The notes beneath the pieces were generated by a model. That model searched no databases. It was not told where the DNA came from and saw only the letters and a program-made list of their open reading frames with translations. Positions 53,263 to 64,000 of a stretch of DNA of 64,000 nucleotides are shown in pieces. Position 1 is the stretch's first letter. Each line of letters begins with the position of its first letter. A program made the translations under genes and the position numbers. The stretch comes from Octopus sinensis. Lineage: Eukaryota. The stretch spans positions 21,637,360 through 21,701,359 of the forward strand of contig NC_043019.1 in assembly GCF_006345805.1 (NCBI RefSeq). Direction: 5' to 3'.

Positions 53263-56200
53263 TATTTTACTAGCGTAGGCACATGGCTTACTGGTTAGGG
53301 TATTCTGCTCACGATCACGAGATCATGAATTTGATTTGCAGCAGCATGTTGCTTTGTTTCACATTCTAGCCCACTCAGTTGGCAAAAATGAGGAGTACCT
53401 GTAATTCAAATGGGCCAGCCATGTCATACTTTGTGTCACACTGAATATCTCTGAGAACTATGTTAAGGTGTCTGTGGAGTGCTCAGCCACTTGCATGTCA
53501 ACTTCATGAGCACTGTTCCATTGATTGGATCAACTGGAACACTCATCATTGTAACTGACAGCAGAAACACACATTTAACTCTGTTCAAGATGACACTTTT
53601 GAAAATGTCAACGTACTTCAAATTCTTCGAAAAAGATATAAATATATACAAAGGGAAAAGCAAAACCAGTTTGATATCAAATCAATATCATATAAAACCA
53701 GACTTAATATTTTAGTTTTCCCTTCAATGTTTCAGTAGCGATATGATAAACACTTACAAAACAGCAATATGATGTCGAAATTTCAACAAACAAGGAATTT
53801 TACAAGCTCATAAAATATCATCACCACAAGGTAATCACATAAATATACAAGCAATCAAACATGCCTTGAAAGCACTAAATCTTCAACAATAGGGAACTAC
53901 AAACTGTGGGGAACTTCACACAGTTGCTCATTTTGCTAGAAATGGTAGCAAAATTTCTTTCAAATCACATCTTACTACAATGGACAAAACAGATGTAAAT
54001 AAGCCATGTATAAAAAATTTGTATGGCCATGATTGCAACATCATTGATCATAGATCTGTTTGATCAAGCTTATTCCGGGGGCTAAGCAACAACACAGCAT
54101 AGATGGGTCCATTTTCATTTGTTGCAAACTCTTTTGAAAAGCATTGCAATTCAAAATGCAGAGTTGCTAACTGTTGATTTATCTGTTATTCACACTTTCA
54201 GGGTATCATAAGAATGTTTCAAATTCAAAATGTTCAATATTGTATCAAACCACAAACCTTGCTGAGGTCACTGAGCATTGGGGCCAATCTAATCAGCAAT
54301 ACTCAATACCAACATTTGGAGACCTGTGCTAATGTAAGAGATCCTCGTCGTCATCATCATCATCATTTAACATCCACTCTTTCATGAACATTGCTTGTAT
54401 GACAGCAATGCTCATTTACAATCATTGCTGGATGTCAAGATAAGGGTATATATTAGACACACATGTGGGGCTTTTTTCAGCTTCTATCTACCAAATCTGC
54501 TCACATGGTTTTGGCCTAACTAAGGCTATAGTAGATAATACTGACCCAAGGTACCATGCAATGGGGCTGAACCTGAGAATATATGGTTGGGAAGCATATG
54601 TGTGCCTCATTCCAAATTCTGCCAAGGTTCATATAATTTAATACCGATCAAAGTTCATTGAATTAGCTTTACCCATCCACCATACTTGAGGGCTTGTGTC
54701 TATGTAAGATATACTATCAAGTCCTTTCAAAAATACTGCTGACCAAACAATGTTTCACAGAAGCTCAAGAGGAGGAAAAAATGTGATGGAACAATTATGG
54801 GCTTTGAGCTGCTGCTGCTGCTGTTATTGTTGTTTTTGTTAGCTCCAAGACTGCTTTGATCTGGTAGACTTGTAGTGAAAGGCATTCCAGCTTTGACCAT
54901 CTCAGCTTTAATATTTCATGAAGTTTGATATCATTCTTGGTATGCTCAGCTACAGCTGGTGACATCAAGGTTTGTGGTCCAGCTACAATTAGTGGTATCG
55001 CTATTTCTGGTTGGACAGCAACCAGTGACACTTGTTGACATTTCCTGTCAACAAATTGTCTCATAGCATTGCAGAATATAAAAAAAAACTCCCAAAACAC
55101 TGACATGATAAGCGAGTAAGGTTTGGCAACAAGAAGTGCATCCAACTGCAAAATTCTGCTTTAATTTCCTTTCATCGAAGACATGAATAACATGAAAAAC
55201 AGACAATAAACAAATGAACAAACAAAAACTGTACTATAGAGTACAGTGGTCATTGTGTTCTCTTTTTAGAGAGTACTTTTTACCTTTTACTTGTTTCAGA
55301 CATTGGACTGTGGCCATGCTGGGGCACCATTTTGAAGGATTTACTCAAATTGACCGCAGTGCTTATTTTAAAGTCTGATATTTATTCTATTGGCAACTTC
55401 AGCTGAACTGCTCTACTGTTGGTTTGTTTATGGAGATGTAAACAAACCAACAGCAGCTGCCACATGAAGGGCAGCAGGACAAATACAGACGCATACATGG
55501 CGGGCTTCAGCACAGTTTCTGTACCAAATTCACTCACAAGACATTAATTGACCCGAGGATATAAAACACTTGCCTAAAGTGCCACACAGTGAGACTGAAC
55601 CCAAAACCATGTGGTTGCAAAGTGAGCACCTTAATCATACTACCACACCTACATCTTATAGGGTAAGATTTTAAAGAAGATTTAGCTGCTATTTCTAGCA
55701 AGTCAAGCAAACATGTAGCAAACTCCTCTATTGTTTAGACTCTATCAGTGGAGATAATTCTAGTCGGAGCTTCAGGGAGATTCTGGAAAATCTGAATGAA
55801 GGAAACTTCTATCCCCCATTGAGACATTATATTGGTTACAAAATACCAAAACAAAAAAGGAACAAAAAATACAAGAAAAAAAAATTAAGGCAATCTTCTG
55901 AAAGGGGATAATGTCAGTTTCAGCAACAACACCGCAAAAATAGTGGAATTAGGCTTTTATACTATATTTGACTCTAATAGGATTACTCATACACATTTGA
56001 TCAAATCACGAGGAATGAATTGAAAGCTAACCAATTAGGCCAAAGTACATTGATTCACTAAAATGGAATTATGTAAAAATCTCTAATCCATTACTCTTAC
56101 ATCTGTACGAAATTTCCATCAAAAAAATAATTCTATGCAATTCGAGAAAGGTTTTGCTACAGTTCACCGGTTCTATGGCCAAGGGAATATGCTAACATAA

Positions 56201-57661
56201 TATGAAAAACATACTATATTTTCTGAGATGAAAAAGAAGGAAAAAAAAAATTTAAGGGATGGGGAGAGGTAACTTTGTAGGTGAATTTTGGAAAATATAT
56301 GCACATCATTTTTTCTTTTAAAGACTTTCTGCTTTTTTTACTTTCTCTCTCTCTCTCTCCTTCCTCTTTTTTCATCCCTCCCTCTCTTCACCCATCTTAC
56401 TCTGCTTCTACCTCTCTCTCTCTCTCTCTCTCTTTCTCTATTTGTGTCTATTTCCAACAAGCATATTTATTTCTGATTTATAAATATATTCTAAAATGGG
56501 TAATATCTTAAAAAAGAATTAAATAAAAATAACTTTTTTGTGTGTGTATGAAAGAGAGAGAGAGAGAGAATATGCACATGCACTCATATAGATATACATA
56601 CACACAATACCAAACAGTGTGTGTAGACGTGTATAGACATTTGTGATGTGTGTGTGTATATGTATATATATACATATATGTATATATATACATATATACA
56701 TACACACACATGCATGTGTATGCGTGTGTGAGTGCATGTGTGTAACACCTCTTAAAACATCCAACAACTACAAAAACTCAAACAAAACTGAAAAAGTATA
56801 TCAACCCAAAGAGATTTTTATTTTAAATGTTAGAGAACCTTTCCCTGAAAGAAAACAGAACTCTAACATAAATCAACCAACAGCACATACATATGTATTA
56901 TGTAAAGGATGCATGTTTACAGTGATGATATCATCATCATCATCATCATCGTTTTAATGCCCACATATCAATGCTTGCATGTATTTGTTGAGGCAGATTT
57001 TCTACAGTTGGATGCTCTTCCTGTTACTGACCCTCACCTCTTTCCCATTGCTAGTTATGTTATTCATGGAAGACTGGATACAAATGACCTCGCTCATTTA
57101 CAACCATCATGTGATGTCAATCCAACAGTATACCACCAAAGGGTGGTATACACACACACACACATGCACTAAGTCTATATCTTTCAGTGATGTGTGAACA
57201 AAAATATTGTGGATATTACTGAAAAATACCCATAACCCCAAAACAATGGGGTGTTTTTGAATGAAAATACTCTGTGTGGTATTTATTCTATTGCAATGTC
57301 ACTCTTGACACCCAAAATATCATGAACGAGATTGGCTCATCAGGGACTAATAACTAACAATGCTATTTTCCTCCGCTCTAACTGTGATAAAATTAAAAAT
57401 AAAAATATGTAAGGCACTGAGATTGGCATTTTACCATTTCTGCATTTGCTTAACATCCTAAATAATAACGGTCTCAAAATTTCAGGGGAGGGGGCTAGTC
57501 AATTGTATCAACTCCAATACTTGACTGGTACTATTCTGATCAGCCCTGAAAGAATGAAAGGAAAGTTGACTTCAGCGGAATTTGAAATCAGAATGTGAAA
57601 GCCAGAAGAAATGCTGCTAGGCACTTATCAGACAAGCTAACACCTCTGCTTAAAAATAATA

Positions 57662-57889
57662 TATTTCTTTACTGCCCACAAGGGGCTAAACATAGAGGGG
57701 ACAAATATGGACAGACAAAGGGAGTAAGTCGATTACATCGACCCCCAGTGCATAACTGGTACTTATTTAATCGACCCCAAAAGGATGAAAGGCAAAGTCA
57801 ACCTCGGTGGAATTTGAACTCAGAACGTAACGGCAGATGAAATATGGCTACGCATTTCGCCCGGCATGCTAACGTGTCTGCCAGCTCGA
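57662..57889 (-). mobile_element. Young Meta-domain SINE
   Basis: Reverse complement of 11719. Confidence 0.9.
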
Positions 57890-57899
57890 AGATGATTTT

Positions 57900-58188
57900 G
57901 ATGATGGACTCTCTTGTCGAAGATGACATATAAGTGTTCAGCTTTTGCTGAATGACCTACACAAATGATTTGTTTATAGTGATCAAATGTTTGAGCCACA
58001 CATTAGCTCACTTCCTTCATCAAATCAACATTGCCTGAATAGGTGCATGGTGAATTAGGTGTCAAAGTGGTCACAGAGCATCAGACAAAGTGTTTTGCTC
58101 AAGAACACAATGCACCACCTGGTTTGGGAATTGAAACCATGATCTGGCAATCCTGAGTGCAACACCCTAACTACTATGCCATGCATCC
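57900..58188 (-). mobile_element. tRNA SINE (third-family head) with a distinct 3' tail
   Basis: GCATGGCATAGTAGTTAGGG head, GTGTTCTTGAGCAAAACACTT, then an unrelated tail ending GAGAGTCCATCATC. Confidence 0.7.
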
Positions 58189-58190
58189 TC

Positions 58191-58230
<40 letters not shown>

Positions 58231-59954
58231 TAATAATAATAATCATAACAATAATTTGTAATTTAGGCACAAGGCCAGAAATTTGGGGTTACGGTGATGT
58301 TGATACATGAATGGTACTTCAATTTACAGATTCCAAAAAAGATTAAAGGTGTAGGCATGGCCATGTGGTTAGAAGTTTGCTTCCCAACCACATGGTTCCG
58401 GGTGCAGTGCCACTGCATGGCACCTTTAGCAAGTGTCTTCTACTATAGCCTTGGGTTGACTAAATACTTGTGAATGGATTTGTGTTAATCCAAAAATAAT
58501 AATGTTTTCAAATTTTGGCACAAGACCAGCAAGTTAGAGGAAAGATGCAAATCGATCATATTGATCCCCATCTTCAACTGGTACTTATTTTATCGACCCT
58601 TGAAAGGATGAAAGGCAATGTTGACCTCGGTGGAACCGGAACTCAGAGTGTAAAAACAGACAAAATGTCTCTAAGCATTTTGCTTGGTGTGCTAATGATT
58701 CTGCCAGCTTGCCACCCAAAAGTAATAATAATGATAAGGATTTCTTCAATAGATAAAAAAGGTCAGAAATTTGGAAGGGGAGGAATAGTCAGTTTTATCA
58801 ACCTTTAGTACATGACTGGACTTAATTCTGTTGACCCAATATGTACAAAAATAATAGTTGACCATAGCAAGATCTGAACTGAGAACATAAGGAATTAAAC
58901 TGAATATTGCTTCTATCACGCAAATCTTATTTATTATATGCCAGTATGAAATTATATTAAAGAAAAATACAAACCAAAAATGTTCAACAAACACAAATTG
59001 TGGCTGGTGGTTGGCAGGGGTGGAACTATTGTCCTATAGATCTGATAAAGCAATAGCATCTTAGAATAAGTTAATTACATTCAATATCGAAATAAAGCAG
59101 TAAATAATGATGTGATTGATAGAATATAAAATAATATAAAATCAAATCCGAGACAATGTGAAAATCAAAAGAATTAAAATTTTAAGCCATAAACAACTTT
59201 CATGTCTAAAAGAATAAGATATAGAATAGATTTTGCTCTCTCTTTCTCTCTCTCTCTCTCTCATTTTATTTACCTCCTCCCTTTTTTTTCTCTATTTTTC
59301 AATGATTTCAGAACAGAAGAAGGAAAGTCAACTTGAATATACTTAGAGAGAAACAAAGAGTTTAAGCACGAAACAATAACTAAATTATTCTACGAACAAA
59401 AGTATTCTTTTATCGTAAATTTGTAAAGCTTTCAAAACATGCTTGTAAATATGTTTAAGATTTCTGTAAGAATTTAATTGCCAATTTTGTAGCTCTCAGC
59501 ATTGTGGTATTGTCTGAGATATTAGCATCAAAGAGAAGGGGCCATGTTATCATTTGCGGAGAGAAGGCCCGGCACTTAAATAAAAGATAGTTCGTGAGAT
59601 GGTTGTTACATAAGATGTTACATACCTAAAAATAAGTTTTTTAAACTGAAAATGAATAATTAACATCAAATACTGCTAAAATATATATAACAAAATAATT
59701 TCTAATACAGAACAAAACAAGTTGAGTACTTTAAACTTTTTACAAACACATTGACAAGGAAATCTCTATTCAGTTTCTTGACCTGCTAGAAATAGCAATC
59801 AAATCTCTTTCATATCCCCTTCTGTAATCTATAAATGAAGTTCTAGTCTAGGAGAGTAGATTGGCAGAATCATAAGAGCATCAGTGCAGATTCCTTGCAG
59901 TATTAGTTCTGGCTCCTTGCCTTCTGAGTTCAAAATCTTCTTAGGATCTACTTG

Positions 59955-60204
59955 GGTGGTTAGCCCACATTACCCTATAAGGAGCGTAAGGCTGGTTTCC
60001 CAGTTCCTCCGGCATATATATATTTCCCACCTGGATGGGATACTGATCTGTTGCAGGATTACTCATTTTTGCCAGCTGAGTGGACTGGAGCAACGTGAAA
60101 TGAAGTGTTTTGCTCAAGAACACAATGCATCACTTGATCAGGAACTGAAACCACAACCTTACAATCATAAGTTCTACACCCTAACCACTAAGCCATGCAC
60201 CTCC
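59955..60204 (-). mobile_element. tRNA SINE (third-family head) with another distinct 3' tail
   Basis: GGAGGTGCATGGCTTAGTGGTTAGGG ... CCAGTCCACTCAGCTGGCAAAAATGAGT then AATCCTGCAACAGATCAGTATCCCATCCAGG. Confidence 0.75.
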
Positions 60205-61552
60205 AATTGGGTGACAGACATAATTCATCACCTGATATAACACTCCCACTTAGCTCCCTCACCAGTGTGAATAATATGATACAATGCCTACAACCATTTC
60301 TAGAGTCTCTGAGAGCAGGGGACAGGGATAGAGGAAGGTATCCTTAAACAGGAGACTTTGCTTGAATGTTTGCAACAGAATGGCTGACCCTATCAGCACC
60401 CAAGGATCAAGTGATGGTGTTCAATTATGTGACAGTTTAAATCAATCACCAAAGTAGGCCATGGCTAGATTCAAACTCAGGACACAAAGAACTGAAACAT
60501 ACCACAAAATATCCCGTCTGAAGCTCAGATATTTCTGCCAGTTCACCATTTTATACTGGTTCTTTAGTTATTGATCTCTGAAAGGATGAAAAGCAAAACT
60601 AGCCTCTGCAGAATTTGAACTTCTAACTCAAAGAGCATTTTGCCTGATGCTCTAATAGTTCTACCAGTCCCACCTTTTAGACTATTACTTTATTTATCAA
60701 TCCCAGAAAGATGAGAAACAAAGTTGGCCTCAACAGAATTTGAACTCTGAATGCAAAAAAAAAATGGAATAAAGTCTGATGCACTTACCAACAAAACTAT
60801 ATACTGTTTCTGCTATGCAATTCTTTACATACTATGCCAGTGTACTTATCCTATTTTTCAAAAATATATATTGCACATTTCATGAATCTTATTGCAGATT
60901 AGTCAAAGTAGTTGAATAGTTACAAATTGACAACTGATTATGTAACTGGCTTTCCTGTTTTCTCTTGGAATATAATCCTATAAATTTGTTTGTAAGTATA
61001 CACAGTCTTTTTCTTCCTAGCACAGTTATTGGTTGTGGTCTTTTGTTTATTTACAAATAATCTATCTGAATGATTACATCTCCAGGTTTAAGAACAAGAC
61101 GAAAAATGTTTTGTTTTTGAGCTAAATCCCATCACTGTTTCTTTAAACTACATAAACCCAGATTGCTGAAGAGTGCCTCTTTCAATTCATGCAATTTCTG
61201 TCTGTCTGTCTCTATCTCTCTCACTCTCTCTCTCACACACACACACTTTAAAAACAAATATTTTCTTATAATCATTGATTCAGCAATATATTATTATACT
61301 AGAATTATTAAAAGAATAAATCTAAATGTCAATAAAAAAAATACATAATACAAGAAAGAAAAAAAATGTAACTAATTGGTAACCCAAAAGAGATTTTTTT
61401 CCTTTTTCCTGAACCAATTGTCAATGAAACTGAACTGAACAGAGGTTCTTAAACTCATTTTGTCATGGCACTCTCAGATAACTTTCCAAAAATTTTGAAA
61501 CCTATACCTACTATTTATGGACAATCCCTGCTACCCTAATTTTAATAAGACA

Positions 61553-62003
61553 TTGACCCATTATAGCATTTAACCCTTTAGTATTTAAACCGGCCATATC
61601 CGGTCAAAATATTTCATCTGTTTTATGTTCAAACTGACCAGATCCAGGCTCTCACACCTACCCTACAATGTTATTCTACATTAAGTAATTACACCATCAA
61701 GTCCTTGAAGATATGAGATAATGCATGATTAATTCAAATCAATGGGAATCAATAAGCATTATGTTTGATAGAATACTCAGAACACTAAAGGGTTAAACTA
61801 GTCATATGAGGCCCAAATATTCTACCTGTTTTATGTTCAAGCTGGCCAGATCTAGCCTCTCACACCTATCTTATTATGTCATCTTAAAAATAAGCAATGA
61901 CATCATCAAAATCTAGAAATTAGGAGATAATGCTTGATTAATTTAAAACAATGTGAATCAATAAGCATTATATTTGACAGTAATCTAAACGTAAATGGGT
62001 TAA
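61553..62003. mobile_element. piggyBac-like MITE (61574-61792) nested in an older copy of the same family
   Basis: TTAA at 61570-61573 and 61793-61796 flank the inner copy; outer ends TTGACCCATTATAGCAT ... AATGGG|TTAA. Confidence 0.8.
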
Positions 62004-62884
62004 ATAAAAGAAAAATTGTTTAAGTGAAAGAGGAGTCATATTTAAAAGGAAATAAATTAATTTATGATTTTAACAATGGTGAATACAAGCAAAATATTAT
62101 AGAGTAATGCTTTTCTCTCTTAGCAGAAACAGCAGTAAGCTTATGAATTAAATAACTAGTTTTCCTTTGTTATTTATTCTTAGAATAAACTGTTATTAAA
62201 TGGAACCCTGAGATTCCTCAGAAACTATTTTGTTGTTTACAATGAATTGGAAGATTATGTGGGATTAAGTGGGTGCTTGTATTAATTAAGTTTTACTCCT
62301 GATTTGGTTATTGTACAATTTCAGTTTTAAACAAAAGATAGCACACAATCACACATTGTTAAATCAATGCCACCATAAGACACATGACAAGCTAATGAAG
62401 GACTTCTTTGCAAAGTCACTTGACATGCTAGATGCAACAGCTAAGCTTCCACCAAAATCATACTCTTGAAAATGGTACATAACCAACAAAATTATCATAA
62501 TACACATCACATAACATACACACACGTCCAATATAAAAACGTTCAACCCTGAAAGAAATGCATTTGAATGCACACATACATGCACACACACACACACACA
62601 TACAGAGAGAGAGAGAGAGAATAGTATTTCAGAATATGAAATCATGTAGCAAAAAGTCCAAGTTCTTTACGAAGCTGTAATGGATTAGGTTTCAATCAAT
62701 AGTTATGATTGATAATATATTGAATGTGGTAGTGTTGATTGAAATAAAGATGGAGTTTGGATTCAGACAACATCACCAATATCTTTTCGATATAGTTCTG
62801 AAGCCATTTTGTACTAAAAACTTATAATCTCATTCTTTCAATCAGTTTTAAACACACACATACACCCAGTGCAATTTATGTCTC

Positions 62885-63145
62885 TGTACTGGTGGTAGGT
62901 AAAAAGCACCATCCAAACGTGGCTGATACCAGCGCTGCTTTGACTGGCTTCTGTGCCGGTGGCACGTAAAAAGCACCCACTACACTCACGGAGTGATTGG
63001 CATTAGGAAGGGCATCCAGCTGTAGAAACGCTGCCAGTTCAGACTGGAGCCTGGTGCAGCCTCCTGGCTTCCCAGACCCTGGTCAAACCGTCCAACCCAT
63101 GCTAGCATGGAAAACAGGCGTTAAACGATGATGATGATGATGATG
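62885..63145 (+). mobile_element. RTE-tailed SINE with a single, unexpanded internal unit
   Basis: AAAAAGCACCATCCAAACGTGGC ... GTGCCGGTGGCACGTAAAAAGCACCCACTACACTC ... GTTAAAC(GAT)n. Confidence 0.85.
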
Positions 63146-63364
63146 CTTTATCTTTTACTTGTTTCAGTCACCTGGACAGCAGCCAGACTGGAGCACCACC
63201 TTGAAGAGTTTAGTTAAAGAAATAAACCCCAGGACTTATTTTATTTTAAGCCTGGTATTTATGCTATCAGTCGCTTTTTGTCAAACTGCTGAGTTACAGG
63301 GTTGTAAACAAACCAACACTGATTGTCAAGTGGTGGTGGTGGCGGACAAACACAAAGACACACA

Positions 63365-63555
63365 TCATTATCATCATCATTGTTCGACCGCGGTCGACAC
63401 AATGGAATTTACCATGCTACACCAGACTTCACGGTCCATCATAGCATTACAGAGGTCCTGTTGCTGGATGCCTGTATCCTTGGAGATTACATCAGGGTAG
63501 GAGAGTGTGCGCCTTCTGGCATTGCGAGTAGATGGCTTCCAGAGGAGAAGATCAC
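63365..63555 (-). mobile_element. RTE-type LINE 3' end inserted in a CORE-like SINE (63150-63710)
   Basis: LLLWKPSTRNARRRTLSYPDVISKDTGIQQQDLCNAMMDREVWCSMVNSIVSTAVEQ* with (TGA)n tail; the A.DR..W motif is typical of RTE C-termini. Confidence 0.8.
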
Positions 63556-64000
63556 ATAAAATGGGCTTCTTTTGGTTTCCATCTACCAAATCCACTTACA
63601 AGGTTTTGATCAGCCCAGGGCTATGGTGGAAGGCTCTTGTGCAGGATGCTACACAGTAGGATGAACACAAAATGACATGATCAGGAAGCAAACTTCTCAC
63701 CACACAGCACATCTGAACCTATAAAAGAGTTATTTCAAAATTTCTTTTCCTCTTTTCCTTTGCAACTTTAACCAGATGTAATAAACGAAGTAACAGTAAA
63801 ATTTGAATTTAAGAAATAAATTAAACAAAAAAAACATAAAGAGATGCAGCACGGATTTTTGTCAGTGAACAGGTTGCGGTCTTATAGCGAAGAAAATATT
63901 TTGACAAATTAAACTTAAATATTGAAGTGAATCGAACGGCTTTTGTGTGTTTCTTAAATGGCTTACAAACACTTTCCACGCTGCAATTGTTTTCGTTTCA

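Noticed and set aside
62364-62470. Coding-looking stretch
   Set aside because: Matches a decayed copy of the CTAGAAATAGCAGCCAAAT repeat family.

Overview
AT-rich animal genomic DNA dense in microsatellites and SINEs. The repeat complement (tRNA-derived SINEs with Meta-like and CORE-like central domains, RTE-type (GAT)n tails, very long TA/GATA/TAA tracts) resembles a coleoid cephalopod, most likely Octopus; this is inferred, not checked against a database. Almost all ORFs in the supplied track are microsatellite or SINE artefacts. Reading splice signals directly gives three small minus-strand coding exons, all ending in a phase-1 donor: 36809-36770 (MGERSAVARYVVV), 32539-32393 (a symmetric 147-nt exon) and 17771-17717 (MKHKLPQKVIRTYQDVDW). 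The window therefore looks like the 5' end and long introns of one unidentified gene with alternative N-termini, continuing beyond the left edge. The rest is a layered record of mobile elements: four or five SINE families; CR1, RTE, Tx1 and R4/Dong LINE fragments; hAT, Tigger, mariner and piggyBac-like MITEs; a complete non-autonomous Helitron; and two Penelope-like repeats with a variant minimal hammerhead ribozyme. There is also a SINE fold-back hairpin, SINE dimers sharing one junction, and two 1-1.4 kb tandem duplications that may be assembly artefacts. I see no CRISPR array, rRNA or true tRNA, and no convincing wholly new multi-gene system. Boundaries of decayed repeats are approximate, and family labels come from recalled motifs.
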